Below are positions 1 through 13,346 of a DNA stretch of 64,000 nt, piece after piece. The DNA lies in the NCBI GenBank assembly GCA_964016885.1, contig OZ024750.1:43958001-44022000 (forward strand). Direction: 5' to 3'. Source of the DNA: Eledone cirrhosa (taxonomy: Eukaryota). The position numbers were made by a program, and so were the translations under genes. Within the stretch, counting starts at the first letter, position 1, and each line of letters begins with the position of its first letter. Below the pieces are notes generated by a model that had not been told where the DNA came from, did not search any database, and saw nothing but the letters and a program-made list of their open reading frames with translations.

Positions 1-1885
1 ACTAGGATGCGGAAGATCAGTGTCAGCATATGCGGACGATGTCACCGTAGTGGTGTCGAGCGCCAAACACATCGAGGCGATCGGCACTACACTAAGAGAA
101 TACGAAGCGGTGACAGGAGCAATGATCAACCACGAAAAGTCAGTGGGCCTGCAGCTCGGCACCTGGAGAGGCAGGTCCATGCCGTCCAACAGCGTCGTCG
201 GACGCTGGACGGACGGACCGGTTAAATTGCTATGGGTCTGGTTCGGTCCGGACCTCCAGACGGACAAAAACTGGGACGAGGTGACGAGCAGGGTGGCTTC
301 TCTCACCCAGAAATGGGCGGAGAGGAAGCTATCCCTGAAAGGTCGAGCGGAGGTGGCTAACGCGTACATCGCGTCCGTCATCTGCTACCGCCTGACCGTC
401 GTACCTTGTCCTAAGCCTCGCCTGACTGTGCTGGAGCGTTTGCTCTTTCGCTTTTTGTGGAAGGGACGCGCTCCGATGGTCAGGCGGTCCATCTGTTGTC
501 AACACCCGCTACGTGGAGGGCTGGGCATGCCGTGGCTGATGATGCGCAGGCACGCGCTCAGGCTACGACATCTCCACCTCTTCCTCGACGGTGATCAGGT
601 GTGGTCGCCGTTTGCTAGACGCGTGTTTCCCCAGCTCGTTTCCTTGACGGAGCTGCAGTCCTGGGTCAAGCGAAGACCGAGAGGGAGCGCCTGGAGACTG
701 GAATGTCTTCAGGCGCTCACAGCCCTCGACCAATCGGGCAATGTGATCGGTGGAAACTCCACCTCGGCGTTCTATAGAGGATTAGTGGAGGGGAAGAGCG
801 ACGACGTACTTGGGGAAACTCTAGGCGTCGACGAAAATCAACTAGCCAATCTCTTCGGAAGAACTTTCGGGCCAGGGCCTATGGACAACTTCCAGAAATC
901 TCTGGCCTGGCAGTGCTACCGAGGAGCCTTGCCAGTTCGGGATAAACTCTACAGGCATGGAGGTGCCGTCAGCCGGGCATGTCTGAGATGCGCGCAGGGC
1001 GACGAAACCGTCCTGCACGCACTCGTCCAGTGTCCGAAAATTGCTGACTTGTGGGTTTATGTCGAACACCTGCTGTCGCGTTTAGGACGGATCCGGCTAT
1101 CATCTGAGTCCATCGTGAGGATTGCCCCGCCCTCCTCCTTTAGCCGGGAAGGGCAGGCAGTTTTTATCTGTCTGGTGGCCATGGCGAAAGAGATAGTATG
1201 GTGGACACGTTTGAAAGGGCTTAAGACGAGCACTTACCTCTTCGGTGATGCTCTGATTGACTTTTTCAAATTTCATTTGAAAAGGAAAATCAGAGTAGAG
1301 AGGGAAGTGCTCTCTTCCCAGCATTTTGTTGAAAGATGGGTGAGAGAAGCAAGAATGGCCCGAGTGAATGGGCCTACTCTGAGCATATATCTGTAAATTA
1401 AAGGTGGAAAACTGGGAGAGGGCACTTGCCTTGGTGGTCAGGGTCATTGTGGCTTTTTACTGGGCTTTCTCCACAAATGTCCCTCCGAAGTCTCCCCCCT
1501 ATTGGGGAATTTTTCATTGTTATTTTCATTGTTATTTTTGTTACATCCTCTGTTTTTGTTTTTTTACACGCAGAAATGCCCATTTGTACCGTCCTGCATT
1601 GTCCTGCACTGTCCTTAATGTCTACTTTATGTAAACCCTTGTGGTTAATAAAGAAATCATTATTCTTATTATCATTACCATTATTGTTATTACTATAATT
1701 ATTATTATTATTATTATTTTATATTTTTATATCTTCATTGTTAAATTAGTCTTGCCATTGTGCACTTTTACTCGACCTTATTGTAAAACCCCACTGTCCC
1801 TGTCTTTGTATTGACCCCTACATGTCGGCCCTTGTGGCTAATAAATAAAATCCTTATTATTATTATTATTATTATTATAATTATA
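1..1885 (+). mobile_element. Tx1-type LINE including 3' UTR, with two successive 3' ends each followed by (TAT)n
   Basis: 3' termini cccttgtggttaataaagaaatc (~1636-1658) and cccttgtggctaataaataaaatcc (~1829-1853), each followed by tta repeats. Confidence 0.8.
20..1396 (+). CDS. 3' part of ORF2 of an L1/Tx1-clade non-LTR retrotransposon (RT C-terminus + CCHC zinc knuckle); begins upstream of the window
   Basis: Uninterrupted 458-aa frame with the RT motif AYADDVT, 'WAERKLSLKGRAEVAN', 'RFLWKG', 'GGLGMP', 'ALPVRDKL' and the zf-RVT-type 'CLRC..DETVLHALVQCP', all typical of Tx1 ORF2. Confidence 0.92.
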   Translation: MSAYADDVTVVVSSAKHIEAIGTTLREYEAVTGAMINHEKSVGLQLGTWRGRSMPSNSVVGRWTDGPVKLLWVWFGPDLQTDKNWDEVTSRVASLTQKWAERKLSLKGRAEVANAYIASVICYRLTVVPCPKPRLTVLERLLFRFLWKGRAPMVRRSICCQHPLRGGLGMPWLMMRRHALRLRHLHLFLDGDQVWSPFARRVFPQLVSLTELQSWVKRRPRGSAWRLECLQALTALDQSGNVIGGNSTSAFYRGLVEGKSDDVLGETLGVDENQLANLFGRTFGPGPMDNFQKSLAWQCYRGALPVRDKLYRHGGAVSRACLRCAQGDETVLHALVQCPKIADLWVYVEHLLSRLGRIRLSSESIVRIAPPSSFSREGQAVFICLVAMAKEIVWWTRLKGLKTSTYLFGDALIDFFKFHLKRKIRVEREVLSSQHFVERWVREARMARVNGPTLSIYL

Positions 1886-1886
1886 A

Positions 1887-2075
1887 GGGCGGTGGATTGG
1901 CAGTATCAGTAGAGGGTCGGACGCCATGCTTTCCAGCATAGTTACGTCCCTTTACGATCTGAGTTCAAATCCCGCCTAGGTTGACTTTCCCCTTCATCCT
2001 TACGCGGTCGATAAAATAAAGTACCAGTAATGCAATGAGATAATTGCTGGCCTTGTGTCAAAAGTAGAAATAATT
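1887..2075 (+). mobile_element. tRNA-derived SINE, ~190 bp, most abundant family in the window (octopus-type)
   Basis: A-box tggcagtatcagta, B-box gagttcaaatcc, body ctttcatccttacggggtcgataaaataaagtaccag, tail ggccttgtgccaaaagtagaaacaatt; more than 20 similar copies in the window. Confidence 0.85.
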
Positions 2076-2264
2076 AATTTAGTGACATGGCCAGGAATTT
2101 GTTGATTCGTGAGAACATCGGATATAATGCCTTGCTGTATTTGTTTCGACTCAATGTTTTTCTCATTTCAAAACCCACTGAAGTCAACTTTGTCGATAAC
2201 AAAATGTACCAGTCTAGTAGTGGGGTCCATTCTTCTTCTGTATCACTTTCTTACTTCCATTTTT

Positions 2265-2695
2265 TCACACACTCTCTCCTCCCTCTCTCTCTCCCTCTTC
2301 CTCTCTCTCTCTCTCTTCCTCTCTCTCTCTCTCTCTTCCTCCCTCTCTCTCTTCCTCTCTTCCTCCCGTTCTCTCTCTCTCACACACTCTCTCCTTCTTT
2401 CCGCTCTCTCCCTCCCTCTCACTTCATCTCTCTATCTCTCCCTCCCTCCCTCTCACTTCATCTCTCTATCTTTCCCTCCCTCTCTCCCTCCCTCTCTCTT
2501 CCTCTCTCTCTCTCTTCCCCTCTCTATCTCCCTCTCTCTCACTCTCAAACACACACTCTCACACACACACTCTCTCCCTCCCTCTCTCTATTTTTCTCTC
2601 TCTCACACACTCTCTCTCTTTCTCTCTCTCTCTCACACACTCACACACGCTCTCTCTCTTTCTCTCTCTATCTCCCCCCTCCCTCCCTCTCTCAG
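2265..2695. repeat. (CT)n/(CA)n polypyrimidine microsatellite
   Basis: Direct inspection. Confidence 0.95.
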
Positions 2696-2899
2696 GAAGA
2701 AATCTGCTGTATTCACACCTGGAGAGGAATAGTTCTCCGCCAGGTGTTATATAAAATACACTAGAATTGTCGTACGTCAATAAGGCGCCCCCCCCCCCCC
2801 TACGATTCCATCAGGCGTCACTGGACCATGCAGACATTTTAGTAACAGTCAAGTACTGGGATCGATATAATCAAGTGTTTTCTAGCCACAAATTTCAGA

Positions 2900-3500
2900 G
2901 ATGTGGCTTGGCAGAATCGATTATATCATGACCAATTGTTCTGTTCTAACTCTTTAACGTCTGAATTAAAAATCATGCTAAGGTTAATTTCCTTTTCCTT
3001 CTTCCGGTGTCGATAAAATAAATCAGGGGCTAGGTATTAGAATCGATTTAATTGACGGTTCCCTTTCCCCAAATTTCTGATGTTGTGACTATCATTATTA
3101 CGAAGGGTGGTGGATTGGCAGTATTGGTAGAGGGTCGGACGCCATGTTTTGACGCATAGAGTTACGGCCCTTTCCAATATGAGTTCAAATTCCGCCGAGG
3201 TTAACTTTGCCTTTCATCCTTACGGGGGTCGATAAAATAAAGTACCAGTAGTATACTGGGTAATTGCTGGCCTTGTGCCAAAAAAAGTAGAAACAATTAG
3301 TACGAAGGGAGTTAGATAGGTATTATCATTACAATAGAACTAAATGCCTTGTTGTATTTAATCCAACTCTTATCGTTCTGATTTCAAGTTTCGCCTCAGG
3401 GTTAAAATTTGCCTCATGGAAAACATAAGCTTCCAGTCAAGTACTTGGTTCTATGTTATCGACTAAGCCATTTCCAATAGATCTAGGCTTGTTCCTAATT
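2900..3500 (+). mobile_element. Three tandem copies of the abundant SINE (3104-3298 well preserved, flanking copies degenerate)
   Basis: Repeated gtcgataaaataaa and tggcag...gagttcaaattccgccgaggttaactttgcc motifs. Confidence 0.75.
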
Positions 3501-3502
3501 TG

Positions 3503-3545
<43 letters not shown>

Positions 3546-4283
3546 AAGTAGTAGTAGTAGAAGTAGTAATAATAATAATAATATCAATAGCAATAATAAT
3601 AATGATTACTATCATAGTTGTTGTTGTTGTTATTTCGTTACTGAAATCCTTCCCTAGAGCTATTAAATATCACGAAATATAAAGGAAATTAAAATACGAA
3701 ACTTACATTAAAAGCCAGCAGTTTTTTTTCTTCTTCCGTTTTCTTGTTTCAGCTCCATTAAATGAATACCGCCCCCCCCCCCCACTTTTTCCTTAAAGTC
3801 CCTGTTATTTCCTCACCCCTTACTCTACATTTCCCAACTTCCCAATCCACACACGACACTCCCTAAAAAATACCAAAGACGATGTACTAAAATAACACCG
3901 AATAACTTAGAAGTTTGTTGTTTACAGTCAACAGCTCATAATATTGATTTTTTACTCAGAGTGATAGAAAGTAAGGTGGCCGAATTGTTAAGAGGTTTGA
4001 TACACTGTCATGGCGTTCGGGGTTCTCTTCCACTCAATAGTACGTTGGGTATGTCTCTCTTTATAAAACTTTGTACAGGCTGACCTAAGCCTTGTGATGT
4101 CAATTTGGTAGACGGAAGATGTTTGTGTATCCGTCGGAAGATGTTTGTGTATCCGTCGGAAGATTATGCGTGTAATACAAAGGACTACATTTTTTTGCCC
4201 AGCTCTGACACGACGAATCCTCCGCAGAATTTCCGTAAGGCTATACACACACACATACACATACATGCATACACACACACACA

Positions 4284-4340
<57 letters not shown>

Positions 4341-4373
4341 CAAATAATAGTAGTTAAGGCATAATTGTTTATT

Positions 4374-4424
4374 GCATGATATATATTTCTGTTACATGGT
4401 TATTCATGTGACTTCATCAGGTGC
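4374..4424 (-). ncRNA. Type I hammerhead ribozyme motif, slightly decayed
   Basis: Minus strand: gcac CUGAUGA a gtcacatg aataac catgtaac a GAAA tatata UC atgc; one mismatch in stem I; lies between (TA)n tracts. Confidence 0.65.
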
Positions 4425-4447
4425 TTACGCAATCATTGGTGCAATTA

Positions 4448-4516
<69 letters not shown>

Positions 4517-4750
4517 TTGTGTGAGTTTGTATGTGTGTGTATGTGCGTATGTGTGTGGAATACTTTGCCATATACATGTTGATAGATCGAAAAGGTGTTC
4601 TGTTTCCCAACATAAAAAAAACATCTAAAAATCGCCACAACAATAAAAGGAAAGGAAAGCCTCTTTAATCTTTGACGGAGACTTAGCTATGCTACCCTGA
4701 CACTTGTCTTGGGTATGTTAAACTTGGCTGAGACTAACGAGAGACTGTGC

Positions 4751-4818
<68 letters not shown>

Positions 4819-4877
4819 GTGACAAGAGGGAGAATTAACTCCACTACGGACTGGTACTTTATTCATCGACCACGAAA

Positions 4878-4990
4878 TAATTGTTTCTACTTTTTGGCAC
4901 AAGGCCAGCAATTACCCAGTGCATTACTGGTACTTTATTTTATCGACCCCGTAAGGATGAAAGGCAAAGTTAACCTCGGCAGGATTTTCA
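4878..4990 (-). mobile_element. 3' half of the abundant SINE
   Basis: aattgtttctactttttggcacaaggccagc...gttaacctcggc. Confidence 0.8.
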
Positions 4991-5304
4991 CGAAATAATG
5001 AACGCTAGAATAGACATTGCAGGTTGTTGCAATCAGAAGGCATTGAACCGGAACAAGTACCGAATCATTTCATCTGGTGACGAATCAATGACTTTGCTAA
5101 TTCGATGCATATACAACAATAATGACCACCCCTCCCCAAGGAAAGGCACCAATAGAGAAAGCTGTGAGGGATAATGATATGACATTGAACAAGGAGGGAT
5201 TTAAAGTGAGAATTTAAATGGAAACAAATACAGCAAGGTATTTTGTAGGAATCTATAACGGGTTCAAAACTCCGCCATCTCGTGTCATGTATTACCAAAG
5301 GTTA

Positions 5305-5365
5305 TATCATGGTGGTGGTGATGGTGGTACTAGTAGTGATAGTGTTAGTAGTAATAGTAGTAGTG

Positions 5366-5398
<33 letters not shown>

Positions 5399-7225
5399 AT
5401 AATAATACTACTACTACTACTACTACTACTATTATCAATAATAGTAGTTGTAGATTTATAGAGTTCATTCTATAATTAATTGCATCATCATTATCATTAT
5501 CACCATCATCATCACCACCACCACTACCATCACCATCATCATCACTATCATCATCACCACGACCATCACCAAACACCACCATCACAAACCACCACCACCA
5601 TCACCGCCACAACCATCACCACCACCACCATCACCACCACCATCGCCGCCATCACCATCACCACCAACACCACCACCATCACCAAACACCTCCACCACCA
5701 TCACCACCACCATGACCATCATCACCACCACCACCACCATCACCACCAACACCACCACCATCACCACCAACACCACTACGACCATCACCACCACCATGAC
5801 CATCATCACCACCACCACCACCACCACCAGCATCACCATCACCACCACCATCACCGTCATCACAACCAATATCACCACCATCACCACCATCACCACCATC
5901 ACCACCGCCATCACCAAACACCACCACTACCATCACTACCACCATCACCATCATCACCACCATCACCATCATCACCACCACCACCATCAGCCCCCACCAC
6001 CAACACCACCATCACCACCGCCATCACCAAACACCACCACTACCATCACCACCACCATCAGCATCATCACCACCACAACCACCACCATCACCCCCCACCA
6101 CCAACACCAACGCCACCATTACCACTGCCTTCACCAAACACCACCACTACCATCACCACCACCATCACCATCATCACCACCACCACCACCATCACCATCA
6201 TCACCACCTACCACCAACGCCACCATTACCACTGCCATCACCAAACACCACCACTACCATCACCACCACCATCACCATCATCACCACCACCATCACCATC
6301 ATCACCACCACCATCACCATCATCACCACCTATCACCAACACCACCACTACCATCACCACCACCATCACCATCATCACCACCACCATCACCATCATCACC
6401 ACCTACCACCAACACCACCACTACCATCACCACCACCATCACCATCATCACCACCACCATCACCATCATCACCACCTACCACCAACACCACCACTACCAT
6501 CACCACCACCATCACCACCACCATCACCATCATCACCACCACCATCACCATCATCACCACCACCATCACCATCATCACCACCTATCACCAACACCACCAC
6601 TACCATCACCACCACCATCACCATCATCACCACCTACCACCAACACCACCACTACCATCACCACCACCATCACCACCACCATCACCATCATCACCACCAC
6701 CATCACCATCACCACCTACCACCTACCACCAACACCACCACTACCACCACCACCACCCCCCACCGTTACCAAACACCGCCCCCTCACCCCCACCACTATT
6801 ATCTCCAACAATATCAATGCTAATTTAATCAACAACAACAACAATGAGAAAATATAAAAAAAACAAACTACCACTACTACCACCACTACCGCCACCACTA
6901 CCGCTACTACCACTACTACTACCACCACTACCACCACAACCACCACAACCACCACTACCTCTACCTCAACCACAATTACCGCCACAACCATCACTACTAC
7001 CGACATAGCTACCACTACCGCCACAACCACCACTACCACAACCCCCCCATTACCGCCACAACCGCCACTACCACCATAGACATCCCTACCACCACACCAT
7101 TACTACAACCACAACCACCACAACCAACTCTACCACCACCACTACCACTACCACCACCACCAACAACTCTACCACCACCTAACCACCACCACCATCGTTT
7201 TTTTCTGCAATTTCACACCTTCCCT

Positions 7226-7280
<55 letters not shown>

Positions 7281-7350
7281 TAACACTACCACTACTACCT
7301 TGTCTTGTTATAACAACAACAACAACAACAACAACAATAACAGCAACAAC
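5305..7350. repeat. Compound (CAC/CAT/CTA/CAA)n cryptic trinucleotide repeat with internal block duplications
   Basis: Direct inspection; explains the poly-H/P/T ORFs. Confidence 0.95.
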
Positions 7351-7679
7351 ATCAACAAAATATTTCTAATTTGGTATAATTCAATTAAGATTTGATATTA
7401 AAGTTGTAATCAGGACTTATTTGAAACTCTCGTTAAAACCACCGGCTATTTTCACCTTGTTTTCACTATAAAAACGTGTGTGAAATATTACAGCAACTTT
7501 CACTCGCCTGTACTTTGATGTAATCTCGTTTCATTTTTCGTTAAATCTCTCGCGAGAACGGCAATTCCGCGACTAACCAGTACAGTAAAGATATTTCAGT
7601 TTTTTTTTCCCTCTCCTCCAAATTTGTTTTCTTTTGGCCATGTATAATACATATGTATATACATGTATATCTATGTTTG

Positions 7680-7742
<63 letters not shown>

Positions 7743-7877
7743 GTATATATATGTATATATATATATATATATGTGCGTGTGTGGGGGGGGGGGGGGCGGT
7801 GTGCGTGTTTGCGTATGTATTTGTGTGTCTGTGTTTGCGTGTGGTTGTTTGTGTGAATCTATGCATGTATATGTTGA

Positions 7878-7955
<78 letters not shown>

Positions 7956-8379
7956 TGTATGTGTGTCTGTGCGTGTGTGTGTCTGTGTTTGTGTGTGCGC
8001 TTGTGTACTTGTGTGTGTGTGTGAATCTATGCATATATATGTATATGTCGATCTATACATATACATATATACATTAATATTTATATTATATACTATAAGA
8101 TAATATTGATTTTCAGTAGAGACGTGAAGGTACATTATACATTTGCAATCTTGTACATATCTATACATTCCTGTATTCATACACACAAACAAACAAACCT
8201 GTACCAAAACATATATATACACGCACAAGTGTATATATATTTGTATGTAGATATTTGCCAACGTTGAAGGCTGTGTCTATACGCGAGTGTTTGTAAGTTT
8301 GTGTCTCTATAGCAGTGTGTGTGTGTATTTTTCAAGAAGCGCCGACTCATTTTATCTATCTACCAATCTTTAAATGAAA

Positions 8380-8489
<110 letters not shown>

Positions 8490-8844
8490 GTCTGTCTGTC
8501 TGTCTATTTCATTCCTTGTGTGTGTGTGTGTTATTAAATTTTAGCTTCAGCATAGCTGTATACAAATATCCATGTAAAAATTTCGTACATCGAAAGATAT
8601 GCGGTATGTTTAATAAATAAACATTTTGAAAACCCAGCTCTGAATATTGTAACGCTGATGGCCAGCGCCGTCTAGCAGATTCCAACAGAAGCAGCGGGGA
8701 AACAACTATCTATGCGTATTCCGAGCTGGAACTTGAAAAAAAGGCGAAAATATATAGTTGTTTCGCCTGTGTAGGTGGGCTGATTATCCGCATTTGTATA
8801 TGAAACTATATTATTAGCTCAACTCAAAATTAAAATTAGATTAA

Positions 8845-9900
8845 TTATTAATATTATTATTATTGTTGTGTTATTTCGTTTAGCTCAGTTCTGTTTCTCT
8901 ATTGCCGATTATAGACCTTGAACTCGGGACAATAGAGGTTTTGATTGTAGAGGGAGAACTCGTCTAAAAATGTGTGCTGTTCCTAATAGCCCGATCTTCT
9001 GTAACTCATATTTGCTGATCTTGCAGGGAAGGAGTCTAAAGTGCAGGTCTAAGGATTTGGGTATTAATCCTAATTCTCTTATTACCACAGGGATAGTGTT
9101 TGCGGTCATCCTCCACATGCGGTTGATCTCTATTTCCAGGTCTTTGTATTTTGACATTTTTTCCATTGTTTTTATAGAGGTATTCTTGTCAGCTGGTATG
9201 GAAATATCTTTAAGGCTACATATTTGATCTGTTTCGTTTTTTATGATGATATCTGGTCTGATTGCAGCTATTTCTCGGTTGATTATCTCAAGCATATCCC
9301 ACAAGATGGAAATGTTGCCCTTTTCGATGACTATTTTTGGTTCACGTTCATACCATTTGTTAGAAGTTTGGATGTGACGAGAGCAGCAGAGCCTCTAGTA
9401 CATATATTTGGCAATGCGGTCGTATCTTTCAATATAATCAGTTTTTGCCAGCTCTCGACACCCGGAGATAACCTGATCTACCGTTTCTTTGTATTTGTAG
9501 CATATTCTACATAGAGGGCTATTCCACTTTTTCACTATCCTGTGTCTATAGGCGCGAGTTTTAGAGATTCCTCTTGTACAGCAACTAAGAGTCCCCCAGT
9601 TTCTGCTTTCAAAGCAGGACTTCTGAGCCAGGATAGTGAGCCATGCTGATCGATATCATTGTCAGAAAATTGTTCTGGAAATCTATGTAGTGGTTTTGCT
9701 TTCCATTTGCGGTTTAGTTTCTCTTCACAGTCATAGCTAGCTGTGCAGCACTCTATTGTTGATTTTCGATGGGTAGTCTTGTTCCATGTTCAGTTTTTGC
9801 CTAAATTTCCTTGCCTCTTTTGTTATTGAGGGTAGTTTCTTAATTCGTTCGTTAACATGTTAATACAGTTTATCCTGTAATGTTAGTTGTGATATTTGTT
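8845..9900 (-). pseudogene. 3' fragment of an R4/Dong-clade non-LTR retrotransposon (CCHC knuckle + restriction-like endonuclease) ending in (TAA)n
   Basis: RPDIII...DISIPADKN...EKMSKYKDLEIEINRMW...PVVI..LG.IP...LQK..LLGTAHI; upstream CRIC..KETVDQVISGC.ELAK and WLRS..LKAET..LL.A.QE; contains stops and frameshifts. Confidence 0.88.
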
Positions 9901-9939
9901 TAGTGATGGTACATTGTCTACGTGTTAGGATATTCGACT

Positions 9940-10220
9940 GCCGATCATAAAGTTGTGAGGGTGATTCAAAGTGGCGTGTTGTGTCCTTCAGCAAGACACT
10001 GTAATTAATCCACCCAGCTGGAAAACCACGTGTTGTAGCTGTATTTTAAAGGGCCAGCATTTCACACACTGTTGCTCTGAATCTCCCTGAAAATCGTATG
10101 AAGTGTATTCGTGTTTGTGGAATTTTCAGCCACCTGCAAGTTAATTTTACAAGCAAGATGTCTTTTGTTCGGAAAACTGGAACATTCATCGTCAGAGGTG
10201 ACGGAAGTCCAACAACAACA
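9940..10220 (+). mobile_element. Degenerate tRNA/CORE-type SINE with a tail ending (CAA)n; a related tail lies on the minus strand at 26390-26535
   Basis: gtgtccttcagcaagacact core; ctgaatctccctga...actggaac..tcgtc..gacgga tail. Confidence 0.6.
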
Positions 10221-10785
10221 TTTATGGTTAGATGTGTTAGTGTATATTTTTCTGCAATATATCTTGAGATGAAATGAAAGTTGTAGTGGAGTATACGTTG
10301 TCATATAATATAAGATATGTAATGTTTTCTCTGATGATGTGTAACTTGGCATATAATGTAGGTTTTTATATACTTTGTCTCTACTCTAAATTATATATAA
10401 TATTTATGTATTTTATGCTGGAATGTAGTGTAAGTTGTCATGATATTTAAATTTGACCTGAATGATACATCATAAAATGTGAGCTGTTAGGCAATATATG
10501 TTATGAATTAGAAGTAGTTATGCCGTATTTTAAATTACGTGCATTGTGTCGTATAAAATGAATTGTCACGTAATGTAGGTTGTCAGGAAATCTGACATGT
10601 CATGTAAAGTAGGTTATGTAAAGTATGTTGTCACGTAAATCTGGCCATGTAATGAATTTCATGTAAATTATATTATGCAGTTTATTAATATATTATGTAA
10701 AATATGTTATGTAAGATATGTTGTACTATAATGTATGTTTTCATATGATGTAGGCTGCCATGAAAGCAGTCATGCAATGTAAACT

Positions 10786-10885
10786 GCATGGCTTAGTGGT
10801 TAGAGCGTCAGGTTTACACTTACGAGGTTGTGAGTTCGATTCTCGGACCGGGCTTTACGTTTTGTTCTTGTGTTGATGTGTGTGT

Positions 10886-10932
<47 letters not shown>

Positions 10933-11275
10933 GACGCATGGCTTAGTGGTTAGAGCGTTAAGTTTTCAATCGCAAGTTTGTGAGTTCGATTCTCGGACCT
11001 GGCTTTGTGTTATGTTCTTGAGCAAGACACTTTATTTCACGTTGCTCCAGTTCACTCAGCTGTAGAAATGAGTTGTGGCGTCACTGGTACCAACTGTATC
11101 GGCCATTGACTTTCCCTTGAACAACATCGGTGGTGTGGAGAGTGGAGACTAGTATGTATGGGCGACCACTGGTCTTCCACAAACAACCTTGCCCGGACTT
11201 GTGCCTCAGAAGGGAACTTTCTAGCTTCAAATCCCATAGTCATTCGTGGGCGAAGCGGGTCTTTACCTTTAACCT
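10786..11275 (+). mobile_element. tRNA-derived CORE-like SINE (a truncated head copy followed by a full copy); second full copy on the minus strand at ~61770-62085
   Basis: catggcttagtggttagagcg...gagttcgattctcggacc; gttcttgagcaagacactttatttcacgttgctccag; tail ccacaaacaaccttgccc...gaactttct. Confidence 0.8.
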
Positions 11276-11454
11276 AATGTAAGCTATTATGTAATATGAA
11301 CAGGGAGTATATCGTTATGTACTACTACTGTCTACTAACATACTCCGTAAACAAAGAAACAGAAAGGAATGATATCGTCAGACTTCGTAATTTAGCAAAC
11401 ATCGTTTTCAAAGAGTTATCTTATATATATATATATATATATACCAACTTTTAA

Positions 11455-11920
11455 TATATTTCTAATCTCTCTTTCTATATATATATTTCTAATCTCTCAT
11501 TCTATATATATATATTTCTAATCTCTCTTTCTATATATATATTTCTAATCTCTCTTTCTATATATATATTTCTAATCTCTCTTTCTATATATATATTTCT
11601 AATCTCTCTTTCTATATATATATTTCTAATCTCTCTTTCTATATATATATTTCTATTTTACTCTATATATACTTCTATTACCACTCCCCCCTCTCTCTAT
11701 ATATATTTATATATCTAATATCTCTATATACTTCTATTATCTTTCTCTATATATACTTCTATTATTTCTCTATATTTAGTTAATATCTTTATATACTTCT
11801 ATAATCTCTCTCTATATTTATCTAATATATTTCTCTACATACCTTTATTATCTCTCTTTATAAATATATCTAATATATTTCTCTATATACTTCCATTGTC
11901 TCTATATTTTTCTAGTATCT
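11455..11920. repeat. ~26-28 bp tandem repeat (ttctaatctctctttctatatatatat) decaying into AT-rich sequence
   Basis: About 7 clear units. Confidence 0.85.
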
Positions 11921-12849
11921 ATCTATGTTTCGATATATTTATTAAAGTTTGACATCTGATATTAAAACTTTATTATTTTGAAATTTAAAAACGAAAGAAA
12001 AATGAAAGGAATGGAGAAAACCTTTAATATTTTCTTCGTTATTTAATTCGTCCAGAAGTATGTTGATGTTCCTTATTTTCATTTCCTACCAAGCATTTTC
12101 TATTTGATAGAATGGTTATCAACGGAAACTAGTTTTTATTCTCAAAAATTTTTTTCGGCAGCAATGGAATAAAGTTTATCTGTACAACATGGAATATTTC
12201 ACGAATCTTTCACAGTTCTACATTCCCCAGTCGTACGAAAGACACTGTCAGTTGACTCAAGAGACAAGAATTCAGCTCCAGGCAACAAACTTTTATACTT
12301 TTATATATCTCTTTATTTTATTTCAATTCAGAGTTTTTTCCTTCATTTAACCTTATTTCGGAATTAGGTATGTACTTATAACACTGCATTACACTCACCT
12401 TATTATTTTCAAACATTATTTTCATTCAATTTTTGTCTTATAATTTTCTTTCGCTGTTTGCTAAGTATGACATTTTCAAATTATTTCTAATTATTTTGTG
12501 TAATTTAAAAACTTTTAACATGTCTTCATGTATTGCGTAATGTCTCATTCTCCTCTCATGCAGACAAACACACAGACACACACACGCACACACACACATG
12601 TATACACAAACACACACGCACATACACACATGTATACACAAACACACAAACACTCACATACATGTACACGCAAACACACACACACAAACACACACACACA
12701 AACACACATATATGGATATGTATGTATATATAATATATATACATACAGACACACACGTACTCACACATGTATACACACACACACACATACATAGCATATA
12801 TATGTATGTTTATATATATATGTATGTATATATATATATATTATTATGC

Positions 12850-13130
12850 ATATATTGTTATACTTGGGGAGCGTCATATTGTTGTAATAATATTGCCAGA
12901 AATATTAACAAAACACACTCACTGTTTGGTTGGTTTTTGCTTCTGTGTCTTTTATATCTCCATAGTTATCTAGCAATCAACGTTTATCATTGACTGCCCA
13001 ACGGTTAAAAATACAGATATAAATATATATAGTCTATCAAAATTCTTTTGTCACACATCTGTGACATCATCAGTGTTACTATTATGTTTCCTCCCGTTGT
13101 ATTATAATGACTACGCCATTTTTATTTTAT
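12850..13130 (-). mobile_element. Decayed hammerhead-bearing mini-element, same family as 33553-33950
   Basis: Shares atattgttatacttggg.ag.gtcat; minus strand 13036-13077 reads CUGAUGA t gtcaca gatg tgtgac AAAA (GAAA mutated). Confidence 0.6.
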
Positions 13131-13346
13131 ATATATATATAATTTAAGAGAAACTCTTTTTAAAAAGTAATTTAGATAAATATTTAAAATATATCCAGCG
13201 TTAAACTTAACGGTCCTTGTCAGTTTTAGCGTTATCCTCATTAGCATATTTCCCCTCAGTTTTGAAAAATTCTATTCACTGTCCGCACTGAACTTATAAC
13301 ATGAAGTTCACATGAAGATATGTCACTATCTTTACACCAATTATTA

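Noticed and set aside
2696-2747. Exon after the long (CT)n tract
   Set aside because: The pyrimidine tract is a microsatellite, the donor is weak and the segment is mostly a hairpin (acacctgg...ccaggtgt)
5480-6857. 447-aa and 381-aa His/Pro/Thr-rich ORFs
   Set aside because: Products of (CAC/CAT)n repeats that are open in several frames; composition switches with indels
10786-11000. tRNA genes
   Set aside because: A/B boxes are present but there is no intact cloverleaf and they continue into SINE bodies
13140-13210. PLE endonuclease terminus (IFKIYPALN) upstream of the 13347 hammerhead
   Set aside because: Too short and interrupted by stops to call
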